From: Microcoleus sp.
GTDB taxonomy: Bacteria > Cyanobacteriota > Cyanobacteriia > Cyanobacteriales > Microcoleaceae
DNA length: 64,000 bases
Direction of reading: 5' to 3'
Assembly: GCA_042408215.1 (NCBI GenBank)
Contig: JAYFMW010000006.1
Span: forward strand, 960,001-1,024,000
A program made the translations under genes and the position numbers. This document shows, piece by piece, positions 51,720 through 63,300 of the stretch. Numbering within the stretch: position 1 is the stretch's first letter; each line of letters begins with the position of its first letter. Below the pieces are notes generated by a model, which was given only the letters and a program-made list of their open reading frames with translations, did not search any database and had not been told where the DNA came from.

Positions 51720-52304
51720 AGGAATACAATATTAGACAAAAAATTAGATCTGCCATTGCTATTTCCAGGATTTACCTGGGAACAATTCAAGACTTTATAA
51801 CCGATGCTGGATATTCCATGTGTTCGATTGTCGTTTTTAGATGAGGTGTTCGAGATTCAAAGAATGCCTGGAAGAAAACACGAAATAGTTAAGGCGCGAA
51901 TTGGTGGTTTGCTGGAAGTCTATTTGCTGAAAGCAGATATAGATTACACTCCAACAGGTTCGATGACATTAGAAAGCGAAGAATGTTTAGTCAGACGGGA
52001 AGCAGATAAATCTTACGAATTGGGTGCTGATAGAAAACGTCCACATTTAGCGATCGAAGTTGTCGTCTGTAGTGGCGGTATTGATAAACTGGAGGCCTAC
52101 AAACGCCTCAAAATCCGTGAAGTTTGGTTTTGGGAAAAAAGCCAATTGTCTCTGTACGCTCTCAGAGAGGAAGGATACGAACAAATTGGCAGTTCCGAAT
52201 TGCTACCAGAACTCGATATTGCTTTGTTTGTTAGGTGCATGAGTATCGCCAATCATGTTGAGGCTATCAAAGAATTTAACAGTGCGTGCGATCGGGCTTT
52301 GTAG
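51720..52304 (+). pseudogene. Uma2 family endonuclease with probable ATG>AGG start loss and in-frame TAA at 51798
   Basis: In-frame upstream TWEQFKTL*PMLD; EADKSY, LAIEVV..SGGIDKL.AY. Confidence 0.8.
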
Positions 52305-52530
52305 TCAAATATGGATAATACGATATCCCCGACTTCTTGAAGAAGTCGGGGATATAACAGGGGTGCATTTTACGTTGACAGGATTTGCACTCCGACTCCT
52401 CGAAACCGGGTTTTTTACCGAATCTGTGGCTGCAACCCGTCTTTTGGTAAAAAACCCGGTTTATGAACCCTTATGCGTAAGTCCTAGTTTAATTAAATTA
52501 ACCTACTTAGTTGCAGCAAAAAAGGTTTAT

Positions 52531-53891
52531 CAGGAAATTGGGCGGAGCGTAGCGGAGGGCTAAAACCCCGTCCTTTTAGGACGGCTTTAATTGTAAACCT
52601 TTGTTACAATTAAAGCCCATCTTGTGCTGAAAGATATAGTATAAGGCAGGAGGTAAGGCGATGCTAGTTTTTGAGTTCAAAGCTTACGGAAAATCCAGTC
52701 AGATTGCAGCAGTAAATGAAGCGATTCGTACAGCACAATTTGTCCGCAATAGCTGTTTGCGCTATTGGATGGACAACAAAAAAATAGATAAGTACGATTT
52801 AAACAAATATTGTGCTGTATTGGCTCATAACTTCCCGTTTGCCGACGAACTTAACTCTCAAGCTAGACAAGCTAGCGCCGAACGAGCCTGGTCTGCTATC
52901 TCCCGATTTTACGAGAACTGCAAAAAGTCAATTCCAGGTAAAAAAGGATATCCACAATTTCAGAAAGACTGTCGCTCAGTTGAGTATAAATCAACTGGTT
53001 GGAAACTTGCGGATGACAGAAAAACCATAAAGTTTACCGACAAAAAAGGAATTGGCAAACTCAAGTTGAAAGGCACACGCGACTTGCACTTTTACCAAAT
53101 TAGCCAAATAAAACGGGTAAGATTGGTAAAGCGTGCAGACGGCGTGTACGTTCAATTCTGTGTCGATGTCGATCGAAAGGAAAACACGGAGCCTTCTGGA
53201 AATACCATCGGATTAGACGTAGGATTGAAAGAATATTACACCGATTCTAACGGAGTGATGGTTGAAAATCCGAGATTCCTCCGAATAGGTGAAAAACTTC
53301 TTAAGCGTTCATCACGTCGTGTATCTAGGAAAGTAAAACCTTCAAAAAATAGAGGCAAAGCTAGACAGATTTTAGGTAAGCGCCATCTCAAAATAAGTAG
53401 GCAACGCAAAGACCACGCTGTGAAATTAGCGCGGTGCGTAGTTCAGTCTAACGACTTGATAGCTTAGGTCGATTTGAGAATTAAAAATATGGTGAAAAAT
53501 CATTGTTTAGCTAAGTCAATTAACGATGCTTCTTGGTATCAGTTCCGTGTCTGGATTGAATACTTCGCTAAAGTATTTGAAAGAGTTACGGTTGCGGTAA
53601 ATCCGCAATACACTAGCCAAGAATGCTCTAGCTGCGGTGCAATTGTCAAGAAAACGCTATCCACGAGGACGCACGTTTGCAAGTGTGGATGCACTCTTGA
53701 TAGGGATGAAAACGCAGCTAGAAATATCCTGAGTCGAGGATTGGGTACGGTAGGGCATACCGGAACCCTTGCGCTTAACGCAAGCAACGCTTTGGGAGAA
53801 TTGACCTCTACTCTGGCTGGAGAAATCCTGTCCGCAGCACGTTAGCTCTATGAACAAAGAATCCCCACGCCTTTAGGCTGGGGAGTGTCAA
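52531..53891 (+). mobile_element. IS200/IS605 (IS1341-type, tnpB only) element
   Basis: Follows TTTAT; left hairpin AAACCCCGTCCTTTTAGGACGGCTTT; right end GAATCCCCACGCCTTTAGGCTGGGGAGTGTCAA; no TSD. Confidence 0.9.
52661..53845 (+). pseudogene. tnpB: RNA-guided endonuclease TnpB with in-frame TAG at 53465-53467
   Basis: IGLDVGL (RuvC I), DLIA*VDL (RuvC II damaged), TSQECSSCG..C.CG..DRDENAA; both ORF pieces are in the same frame. Confidence 0.92.
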
Positions 53892-53922
53892 AATATATCT
53901 ACAACTAATAGGAAGCGCGACC

Positions 53923-54642
53923 ATGACAGCAGTCGTTCCCACCCTCAAAAAATCTGAAATCGTATACCCTAGCGCTGATGGAGAACCAGTGGCAGAAACT
54001 TACGACCATCTTTACGCAATTGTAACTACTTTAGAAGTCTTAAAACAATACCTCGCAGACCGTCGAGCTACTGTTTTAGCAAATCAATTTTTATACTACG
54101 CTCAAGGTTTCCCAAAAGTCCGCGTAGCACCTGATGTGATGGTAATTTTTGATGTAGAACCGGGTGGCAGAGATAATTACAAAATCTGGGAAGAAGGCCA
54201 AGTGCCGAAAGTGATTTTTGAAATGACATCACTAAGCACGCAGTCGGAAGATAAACTCATTAAAAAAGACTTGTACGAAAGGTTAGAAGTTCAGGAATAC
54301 TGGTTATTTGACCCGAAAGGTGAATGGATTTCTGAAAAATTGCGCGGGTATCGACTGGGGGTAGAGGGGTATCAAGTAATTACAGATAATCGCAGCGAAG
54401 TATTGCAACTACGTTTAGAAATAGAAGGAAAACTGATTGGGTTTTATCGGGAGGATAAGGTCGAGAAATTATTGATTCCTGATGAATTGGCTTCAGCTTT
54501 AAAGGCGGAACGGCAACGTGCAGAAGCGGAAAGTCAGCGTGCAGAATCGGAAAGTCAACGTGCAGAAGTGGAAAGTCAGCGTGCTGCTGAACTCGAATCT
54601 TTGCTAGCGCGTTATCGAGAGCAGTTTGGAAAATTGCCATAG
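53923..54642 (+). CDS. Uma2 family endonuclease
   Basis: YPSADGEPVAE, VAPDVMV, IFEMTS and EYWLFDP motifs; C-terminal 21-nt repeats. Confidence 0.92.
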   Translation: MTAVVPTLKKSEIVYPSADGEPVAETYDHLYAIVTTLEVLKQYLADRRATVLANQFLYYAQGFPKVRVAPDVMVIFDVEPGGRDNYKIWEEGQVPKVIFEMTSLSTQSEDKLIKKDLYERLEVQEYWLFDPKGEWISEKLRGYRLGVEGYQVITDNRSEVLQLRLEIEGKLIGFYREDKVEKLLIPDELASALKAERQRAEAESQRAESESQRAEVESQRAAELESLLARYREQFGKLP

Positions 54643-54818
54643 GAGAAGTCCATAGATTGCAGGTTTATGGGGTACATTCAATATCCCCGTAGGGACACGG
54701 CTTTACCGTGTCTCTACAGAAGCTGGTACCTACATACCTGAAAAGTGCTGTATTAACCTACTGGGTTGCAGCAAAAAAGTTTATAATACATTATCGATAA
54801 CTAATAGGAAGCGCGACC

Positions 54819-55487
54819 ATGACAACAGTCGTTCCCACCCTCAAAACTTCTGAACTCGTATACCCTAGCGCTGATGGAGAACCAGTGGCAGAAACTTACG
54901 ACCATCTTTACGCAATTTTAACCACTTTAGAAGTCTTAAAACAATACCTAGCTGACCGTCGAGCTACTGTTTTAGCAAACCAATTTTTGTACTACGCTCA
55001 AGGCTTCCCAAAATTGCGCGTAGCACCTGATGTGATGGTAATTTTTGATGTAGAACCAGGTGGCAGAGATAATTATAAAATCTGGGAAGAAGGTCAAGTG
55101 CCGAAAGTAATTTTTGAAATCACATCACCAGCTACAAAGTCGGAAGATATCATCAATAAAAAAGAATTGTATGAGGGGATAGAAGTTCAAGAATATTGGT
55201 TATTTGACCCTAGAGGTGAATGGATTCCTGAACAATTGCGCGGGTATCGATTGGGGGAAGATGGGTATGAATTAATTGGAGATAGTCGCAGCGAGGTATT
55301 GCAACTGCGGTTGGAAATAGAAGGAAAATTGATTGGGTTTTATCGGGAAGATAAGGTCGAGAAATTATTGATTCCCGATGAATTGGCTTCAGCTTTGCAA
55401 GCAGAACGGCAGCGGGCTGCTGAACTCGAATCTTTGCTAGCGCGTTATCGAGAGCAGTTTGGAGAATTGCCGCAGGATAACGGCTAA
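54819..55487 (+). CDS. Uma2 family endonuclease (tandem paralog of the preceding gene)
   Basis: Highly similar protein and 5' leader. Confidence 0.92.
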   Translation: MTTVVPTLKTSELVYPSADGEPVAETYDHLYAILTTLEVLKQYLADRRATVLANQFLYYAQGFPKLRVAPDVMVIFDVEPGGRDNYKIWEEGQVPKVIFEITSPATKSEDIINKKELYEGIEVQEYWLFDPRGEWIPEQLRGYRLGEDGYELIGDSRSEVLQLRLEIEGKLIGFYREDKVEKLLIPDELASALQAERQRAAELESLLARYREQFGELPQDNG

Positions 55488-55706
55488 AGATGCAGGGGTG
55501 CGATCGCACTTCAAGCCCGTCGATCGCACTTCTAATTCTCCGGTAAATTGTTAGTTGAAGTCCTTGACAAATGTCAAGTTTTGTGTTATGGGGTCGCATC
55601 TCAAATTTTAAATCGGTGAGGGGCGATCGTTTTGCGATCGAACTTGGGCATTCTAGATATAGGTACTGTGTAAGTGCCTGGAAACCTTCTAGGCAAAGGA
55701 TTGACG

Positions 55707-56102
55707 ATGGAAAGTACGCAGAAAAAATCTGGTGATGGTCTGGTTAATAAGCGCGATCGAATTAAGCAGATTTTTGCGTTAGTGTCAATGGTTTCGTTTG
55801 GTGGTTCGGCAATTTTTGGTATTGTCAGTCTGTTCAGCAGCGGTTTGAGCAGTCAGCACCAGCAAAAGCAGGCTGCGGTGGCTGTGTCTCAGGAGTCTTT
55901 GCTGGCGGCGCAGGAACGGGGATATTTAACTGTTTTGCAGCGGGAACCGCAGAATCAGACGGCTCTGGAGGGGTTGGCAAATGTGCGGTTGCAGATGAAT
56001 AATCAGGTGGGGGCGATCGCTCCTTTGGAGAAGTTGGTTAAGCTGCATGGCGATCGGGCTGATTATAAGGTATTGTTGGGGCAGGTGAAGGGGAAGAAGT
56101 AG
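55707..56102 (+). CDS. Small membrane-anchored TPR protein
   Basis: TM helix, then GY..VLQREPQNQTALEGL...AIAPLEKLVKL. Confidence 0.82.
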   Translation: MESTQKKSGDGLVNKRDRIKQIFALVSMVSFGGSAIFGIVSLFSSGLSSQHQQKQAAVAVSQESLLAAQERGYLTVLQREPQNQTALEGLANVRLQMNNQVGAIAPLEKLVKLHGDRADYKVLLGQVKGKK

Positions 56103-56163
56103 CGGAAAGGGCGATTCCCACAAAAAGTTAACACTTAGAAAATTCTGAGTAAAATAGAAATAA

Positions 56164-59100
56164 ATGGTTATAAGTCAACATATACTTTTGTATTCAGATG
56201 ATCCAGGAATAGGGGGAAGTGCACGATACGATCACTCAATTCTATGTGGTTTAGCAACGTCAGGATACCAAGTCTCTTATGTAAACTCCGAGACATCCAG
56301 CCCAATGATAACTTGCCAAAAAAAGCTGGGGATTCAACATTGGTGGCTGGATTTCAATACAGTTAATGAGTTTGGACGTACCTTGACCAATCCATCCGAT
56401 GCTCAAAGAATTTTATCTAGTGCTAAACCAGATCTAATTGTCTTTAGTGATGCCTGTCCCCTATCTAATTTTGCAGCTAAGCAGGTAGCCATTCAACTTA
56501 GAATTTCCTACATTACTGTTGTAGGTTTTGCAGCTCCCTATCTAGCCGAGCGATTTACTGACTACTTAGAAGAAGTGGCACATCATTATGAGGAAGCTAA
56601 ATTTGTTTTGGCAATCGCCAGCGAAACTTTGAATTTACTGCATGAACTATTTAGGCTTCCTAAAGATAAGGGAGAAGTTATTTACTGGGGACGACCTAGT
56701 GAGTATTTTGAAACTCCCAAGGCAGCAACTCGACAACGCCTACGCCAAGAATTTGATATTCCTTTAAATGCTGTGGTTTGTTTTACGGCTGCTCGCTTAG
56801 ATCCGAGGAAAGGATTTGAATATCAGATAGAAGCCATTAAACAGCTTCATCAAAGCTCAGTATGGTCTAAACTTTACTTTGTTTGGGCTGGTTTTGGAGC
56901 TTTAGAAACTCAGCTCAGGGAGACAGTAAAGCAACTAGGAGTAGACACGCAAGTTAAAATATTAGGACAGCGATGGGATATTTCAGACTGGATGGATGCT
57001 GCTGATATTTTTATTTTGCCTTCCGTATTAGAATCATTAGGGCTAGCTATTATAGAGGCGATGGCAAAAGGACTCCCAGTAATAGCTTCAGCAGTTGGTG
57101 GAATTCCCGAAGTTTTGGGCGATACTGGCAAACTACTTCCCGATCCAAAAATAGATTCGCAGGGCACAGTTAGAGATTTAGTTAAAACAGTTAGTGCTTG
57201 GTGCGCGAATTCAAAATTACGTCTGTCAATAGGTCAGTCTTGCAAAAAGCGAGCCGAAAATATGTTTAGGGAAGAACAAATGGTCACAAATACTATTGAA
57301 GTCATTGAACGTGCTTTATTACCAATCAGAGATTATGTTTCACCAGGTCTATCAATAATTCTGCCTGATAAATGCTTTCCAAACATGATCGTAGCAGACC
57401 CAAAAACTTGTCCTTGGCCATACCAGCGTCAGGGTATTCCTCACAACTGGTATGTGGACAGGCGCTTTCCAGATGTAGGATTTCAGAATAGAGATGAAGC
57501 CCATATTCTTTACAATACAGCTTTGAAATTTCAGGGAAAAAGAGCTCTAGAAATAGGGTGCTTTATGGGTTGGTCAACTTGTCATTTAGCACTGGGAGGA
57601 GTTGAGCTAGACGTTATCGATCCTTTGTTGGGAAGAGCAGATTTTTATGAAAGTGTAAGCAATTCGCTTCAATGCGCTGGCGTGCTGAACTCAGTTAATC
57701 TAATAGCTGGCTTTAGTCCACAGAAAGTAGAAGAATTAACAACTCAATTACAACGTCGTTGGTCATTAATTTTTATTGATGGAGAACACGCTGCTCCCGG
57801 TCCCCTCCAAGATGCTATTGTTGCTAATAAAGTTGCCGAAGCAGACGCTATAGTTTTATTTCACGATTTACCATCTCCTGATGTCGCCCAAGGCTTAGAT
57901 TACCTAAGACAAAATGGATGGAATACAATGGTTTATCAAACAATGCAAATCATGGGTGTGGCTTGGCGAGGGAATGTAGAGCCTGTTAAACATTTGCCAG
58001 ACCCCAAAGTTAAATGGCACTTGCCAGAGCACATAAAACATTATTCTGTCAGCGGTATATCACCTCAGTTTCTTACTGGACTCTCTAGCTATGTTGAGCA
58101 ATACCAGAAAGATTCCTCAGAACAATCTGTATTAGCTGATCTGCGTCAAACCAGAAAAAATATCGCTGAACTGTGGCTTAATACAGCAGATGTTCTGCTT
58201 GAAAGTGTCTACTTGAGCGACATCGGTAAAGGTCATCAACTAATACTAGGTAGTGGAATTTGCAATCAACCTCTAACCACAAGTGAACAGACTTTTGTGG
58301 GCGAGCTAGTAACCATAATTTCTTCTAAAGGATTTGACAATCCAAAAGCTATCCAGTGTGTACTAGCTGGAATGCTCTATGTCAATGCTTATCATTTATC
58401 CCTTCCACAGGATCTCCCTCGCATTCCTCATTGGCTCCTCAACGACTATCTGAAATTTATACTTAACTGTCGCCCATATTTTCAAGAAATTGGCGAGGCA
58501 GATAGTTACTGCAAATATATGCAGGAAATAGTAAATTACTTACACCGATCTATTTTTACGAATCCAAATTCTGATTTTTGGCATAATGTAGCTAGTCAAT
58601 TTTTACAAATCACATCCTTCATACCTCTTTATTTTAATGAAGTTAATCTTAAAGACCTTTATATTAAACGTTCGGAAATTACAGCATTTGCTCTCAAAGA
58701 AGAAGGACAGGAAGTTGACTGGGAATTTGCTGAGCGCTCTTTAACCAGAAAAAAAATTCGGCTGGGTATCCTGGCTTCACATTTCACGCCAGCAGCGGAA
58801 ACCTTTGCCTCACTGCCTGTGTATGAGTATATCAGTCGAGATTTTGAAGTTATTTTGTATTCCTTAATTAGCAATGGGCATCCCCTAGAGGAATATTGTC
58901 AAAGCTGCGCTAATTCGTTTAAGCTGCTGCCTAAAAATTTAAATGAACAGGTCAAATTAATTCGGGAAGACGACCTAGACATATTGTTTATTGCCACAAA
59001 TGTGACAGCAGTCACTAACCAAATATATCTACTAGCACTGCACCGAATGGCAAGAATTCAAGTAACCAGTGTTGCCTCAGTAGTAACCACAGGAATACGG

Positions 59101-60285
59101 AATATAGATTATTATATTTCTGGTAAATTGACCGAATCGTTTGAAAATGCAGAACAGCACTACCAGGAGGAATTATTAAAACTTGATGGTTCTGCACATT
59201 GCTTTAGTTATGGAAACGATCAAAATCTAGCTAGTACAAAAGTAAATCGGGAAAGCATCGGTATAGCAGAAGACGCAGTAGTTTTTATCTCAGGAGCTAA
59301 CCTGTTTAAAATTATTCCAGAGTTGCGTAATACTTGGGCCAAAATAGTAGCTGCTGTCCCGAACTCAGTGTTAGTTCTTTATCCGTTTGGGCCAAACTGG
59401 TCCAATTCTTATCCCAAGCAAGTCTTTATAGAGAGTCTAAATGCAGCCTTTTTACAGCACGGTGCAGATCCAGATAGTTTGCTGATATTAGACCCTACAC
59501 CTGTACCAAACCGATATGATATCAAAGAATACCTGAAGCTGGCAGATATATATCTTGATTCCCATCCCTTTTCAGGAACAACATCTGTGATTGACCCCTT
59601 GGAAGTTGGTCTACCTATAGTAGCAAGACAAGGAGCTTGCTTCCGCTCTGCAATGGGTGCAGCACTTCTACAACAACTAGGCATACCAGATTTAGTTGCC
59701 GAAAGTGAAGAGTCTTACATCGAATTAGCGATCGCCCTCGGAACTCACCCTGAATTTAGCCACCAAAAGAGTGCTCAGATTAAGCAAAAAATGCAGGGAA
59801 ATCCGGGATTTCTAGACAGCCGCTCTTACTCCGCTGAAATCGGCAGGCTGTTCCAAGAAATTTTCAGAAAATACCAGTCAAATGCTCTGACTACAAGACT
59901 AAATTTGAGAGATATAAATCTGATTATTTTTCCAGACTGGAGTCAGCCAGAAGAATTACTGTTACCAGGTTTAGCCAGTGCGATCGCAGCGGTCGCAGTT
60001 CATCCAGATAAGAGCCAGATAACTCTACTTGTAGACAACAGCAATATTTCTGATGAAGATGCTAATCTAGCTTTATCTAGTGTTGCCATGAATCTTCTTA
60101 TGGAAGAAGATTTAGACGTTTCTGGTGGTCCTGAAATTGCACTCATCGGAGAGTTTAGCAAAATCCAGTGGGAAGCTCTAATGCCTCGCCTTCACGCTAG
60201 AATCGTCTTGGAAAATGAGAACAGAGAGGCGATCGCTCAAGCTAAGGCAGAAAATCTTGCCCTATGGCAAATAGACAGTTTGTAG
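56164..60285 (+). CDS. Multidomain GT4 glycosyltransferase - class I SAM methyltransferase - SPINDLY/GT41-like O-GlcNAc transferase fusion
   Basis: ARLDPRKG and ESLGLAIIEAMAKGLPVIASAVGGIPE; LEIGCFMGWS and IFIDGEH; KIRLGILAS and DIYLDSHPFSGTTS..DPL. Confidence 0.88.
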   Translation: MVISQHILLYSDDPGIGGSARYDHSILCGLATSGYQVSYVNSETSSPMITCQKKLGIQHWWLDFNTVNEFGRTLTNPSDAQRILSSAKPDLIVFSDACPLSNFAAKQVAIQLRISYITVVGFAAPYLAERFTDYLEEVAHHYEEAKFVLAIASETLNLLHELFRLPKDKGEVIYWGRPSEYFETPKAATRQRLRQEFDIPLNAVVCFTAARLDPRKGFEYQIEAIKQLHQSSVWSKLYFVWAGFGALETQLRETVKQLGVDTQVKILGQRWDISDWMDAADIFILPSVLESLGLAIIEAMAKGLPVIASAVGGIPEVLGDTGKLLPDPKIDSQGTVRDLVKTVSAWCANSKLRLSIGQSCKKRAENMFREEQMVTNTIEVIERALLPIRDYVSPGLSIILPDKCFPNMIVADPKTCPWPYQRQGIPHNWYVDRRFPDVGFQNRDEAHILYNTALKFQGKRALEIGCFMGWSTCHLALGGVELDVIDPLLGRADFYESVSNSLQCAGVLNSVNLIAGFSPQKVEELTTQLQRRWSLIFIDGEHAAPGPLQDAIVANKVAEADAIVLFHDLPSPDVAQGLDYLRQNGWNTMVYQTMQIMGVAWRGNVEPVKHLPDPKVKWHLPEHIKHYSVSGISPQFLTGLSSYVEQYQKDSSEQSVLADLRQTRKNIAELWLNTADVLLESVYLSDIGKGHQLILGSGICNQPLTTSEQTFVGELVTIISSKGFDNPKAIQCVLAGMLYVNAYHLSLPQDLPRIPHWLLNDYLKFILNCRPYFQEIGEADSYCKYMQEIVNYLHRSIFTNPNSDFWHNVASQFLQITSFIPLYFNEVNLKDLYIKRSEITAFALKEEGQEVDWEFAERSLTRKKIRLGILASHFTPAAETFASLPVYEYISRDFEVILYSLISNGHPLEEYCQSCANSFKLLPKNLNEQVKLIREDDLDILFIATNVTAVTNQIYLLALHRMARIQVTSVASVVTTGIRNIDYYISGKLTESFENAEQHYQEELLKLDGSAHCFSYGNDQNLASTKVNRESIGIAEDAVVFISGANLFKIIPELRNTWAKIVAAVPNSVLVLYPFGPNWSNSYPKQVFIESLNAAFLQHGADPDSLLILDPTPVPNRYDIKEYLKLADIYLDSHPFSGTTSVIDPLEVGLPIVARQGACFRSAMGAALLQQLGIPDLVAESEESYIELAIALGTHPEFSHQKSAQIKQKMQGNPGFLDSRSYSAEIGRLFQEIFRKYQSNALTTRLNLRDINLIIFPDWSQPEELLLPGLASAIAAVAVHPDKSQITLLVDNSNISDEDANLALSSVAMNLLMEEDLDVSGGPEIALIGEFSKIQWEALMPRLHARIVLENENREAIAQAKAENLALWQIDSL

Positions 60286-60342
60286 GCAATGAAGAGCTGA
60301 GAAACTTAGAGAACGAACTCAATACCTACGTTTTTGAAAAAT

Positions 60343-63300
60343 ATGGATGATCAAAGATTTTTCGAGCAACTCCCTAGCTTGTATGAAAACTGGGAACAAG
60401 GTTTAGCCTTTCCCAAGTCGGATCGGTTTCAGAAAATCCTGAATCAAGTGACAGGTATGACAACAGCAAATGTTATGCAGTTGCTCAATTTTGCGGTGGA
60501 ATGCCTGGAACCTAATGAGGTTTACTGTGAAGTGGGATGCTTCCAAGGTGCAAGTTTAATTGCAGCCCTTCTGGATCATCCAGAGCGCATGGCTTATGCA
60601 GTGGATAACTTTTCGGAATTTGATACTTTTGGGGATAGTTTTGAAAAATTGACGGAAAATTTATCAAGTTTCAATTTGTCAGATCAAGTCTTTTTTTGTA
60701 ATCAAGAGTTTGAAGAGTTTTTCTCTGATCTGGGTGGACTTGAGACAGAAGATAAAATTGGTTTTTATTTTTATGATGGCTCCCACGACTACCGATCGCA
60801 TTTAATGGGATTACTTTTGGTAAGACCTTTCCTGGCTGAGCGAGCGATTATTCTTGTCAGCAATAGCAATTGGTCAGCCCCGCAACAAGCTAACTACGAT
60901 TTCCTCGCTGCTCATCCTCAATGCCAGTTACTTTTAGATAAGGCGGACGGCGATGATGATAATTATAAAATTTGGAACGGCGTGCAACTTTTTGTTTGGG
61001 ATGGGACTAGAAAGCATCGAGAAGATGGGGAAACTTTCGGAGCAAGACGAAATAAAGAAGTCATTGCATCCTTAAATAAGCTGCAAGAAGCAGAGCGCAA
61101 AAAACAGATAGATACTCTCCATAACGAAGCCGTAGAATTGCATTGTTCTGGTGCAATAACACCGATAAATAAGGGTAAGCTTGTCAATACAGAGAATGAA
61201 GAATCATTTTTATCATTGTCAAACGAAAATCTGAAAAAAGCAGAGAAAAAATACCAAGAAGTTTTGCGACTGGAACCAGGAAATGCAGATGCTTGGCTCC
61301 ATTTGGGTACGCTTTATTACATGAAAGAGCAATATCAAGATGCACTATTGTTACTGATCAAGTCTATAGAGATTGACCCGTTAAAAACTATCAGGCATTA
61401 CAATTTGGGTGTGGTGCTAGAAGCTGTTGGCGATCGCTCGCAAGCTATTCGAGCTTATCAAGAGGCGATTAAACTCGATCCTCAGAATATCCAAGCTTAT
61501 AACAATTTAGGTAATATCCTTGCACAAGCGGGTGAAATCGAGCAAGCTGAATCAGTTTATCGTCAGGCGATCGCAGCTAATCCAGAACACTTTGGTGGCT
61601 ATCTGAATTTGGGCAACATTCTGATGTTGCGGCAGCAAATTGATCGGGCGATCGCAGCCTATGAAACAGCCCTTAGACTCCAGCCACGCTATCCTGACAT
61701 TCTCAATAATCTAGGGCTAGCATTTGAAGCTAAAAATGATAAAGCCCAAGCTTCTTCCTACTTAGGATATGCTTTTTATCGACAGAATAAACATGAAATA
61801 GCGATTAATTACTTTCAAAAGTTTCTCGAAATTCAAACTGGAGATAGAGATTTTTATATAGCCTTGGCTGACTGCTATCAATTAACGAATCAATATGATG
61901 AAGCTTTGAAAGTGTATGAAGATAGCATCAGTTTATACCCGCAGGACGAGAACCTTTACTTTTCATGGATATTAACCTTGCAAAAGGCTGGGCGAACCCA
62001 GGAAGCGATCGCAGTGGCTAGCAAGGCCTCACAACTGCTCCCAAATGCTTTACAACTGAAGCGAGAAGCAGAACTCCTACTGCCTGTAATTTATGAATAC
62101 CCAGAAGAAATTAAGTTTTATAGGCAACGATTTACTCAGGGATTGCAGAATTTTAGTCAGGAAATCTCCTTAGACACTGCTGACATGAAAAAGAATTCTT
62201 TCAGGGGAATCAGTTGCTATCAAAACTTTCTACTTCAATACCAAGGTAGTAACGACTTAGAGTTACAAAAACAGTACGGAGAGTTAGTTCATAGAATCAT
62301 GGCTGCTAACTATCCCCACTGGGTATTGCCCCGCCCAATGCCTACCCTCAACCCAACAGAGAAAATTCGGATTGGTTATGTTTCTCATGGTATGCGCGGA
62401 AATGGGGTAGGCAAACTTTTGCTTGGCTGGCTTCGCAACTGCGATCGCCAGCAATTTGATGTGTATTGCTATCACATTAATCCCGAACAGGACGCCCTAA
62501 CTGAAAAATTTCGAGTTTATAGCGACGTTTTTCATCAGATTGGAAACGATCTAGAAGGCGTTTGTCAACAAATTGTCTCAGACAAATTGCACCTCCTGGT
62601 TTTTGTAGAAATTGGGATGCACCCGCAGATGATACAAATGGCAGCATTGCGACTTGCACCCATCCAATGTGCGAGCTGGTTACATCCAGTTACGTCGGGT
62701 CTGCCAACGATAGATTACTTCCTATCTAGTGAGGCAATGGAACCAGAGAATGCTGCGGAACATTACTCTGAACAACTAATCCGCTTGCCTAAGTTAGGAA
62801 TGTCTTGTACTAAACCAATCATTCCTACACAGACAAAAAAAAGAGCGGATTTTCAACTGCGCGATGACGCGGTAGTGTATCTATCCTGTCAAACTCTGTC
62901 TAAGTATCTCCCGCAGTATGATTATATCTACCCAGAAATTGCTCAAAAAGTACCTCAATCTCAGTTTGTCTTCGTAGCTCACCAAAGCCCCCTGATTACT
63001 GAGAAATTACAGCAACGTCTTAAACAAGCTTTTGCTAAGTATGGCTTGAAAAATGAAGACTACTGCATCATTTTACCCAGGCAAACTGTCATTAGTTACT
63101 GGCAACTTAATCTACTTGCAGATATTTTCCTAGACACCTTTAGTTGGTCGGGAGGCATTACTACCCTCGAAGCGATCGCTTGTAATTTGCCCATCGTCAC
63201 CTGTCCTGGGGAATTGATGCGCGGTCGTCAATCCTGTGGGATGCTAAACATACTAGGTCTAACAGATACGATTGCCCAAGATGAGGCAGAGTATATTGAC

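Noticed and set aside
53465..53470. Programmed amber readthrough giving a catalytically dead TnpB repressor
   Set aside because: No recoding signal is evident; simple pseudogenisation is more parsimonious
49052..55487. Integron cassette array
   Set aside because: No integrase and no consistent attC-like site between the genes
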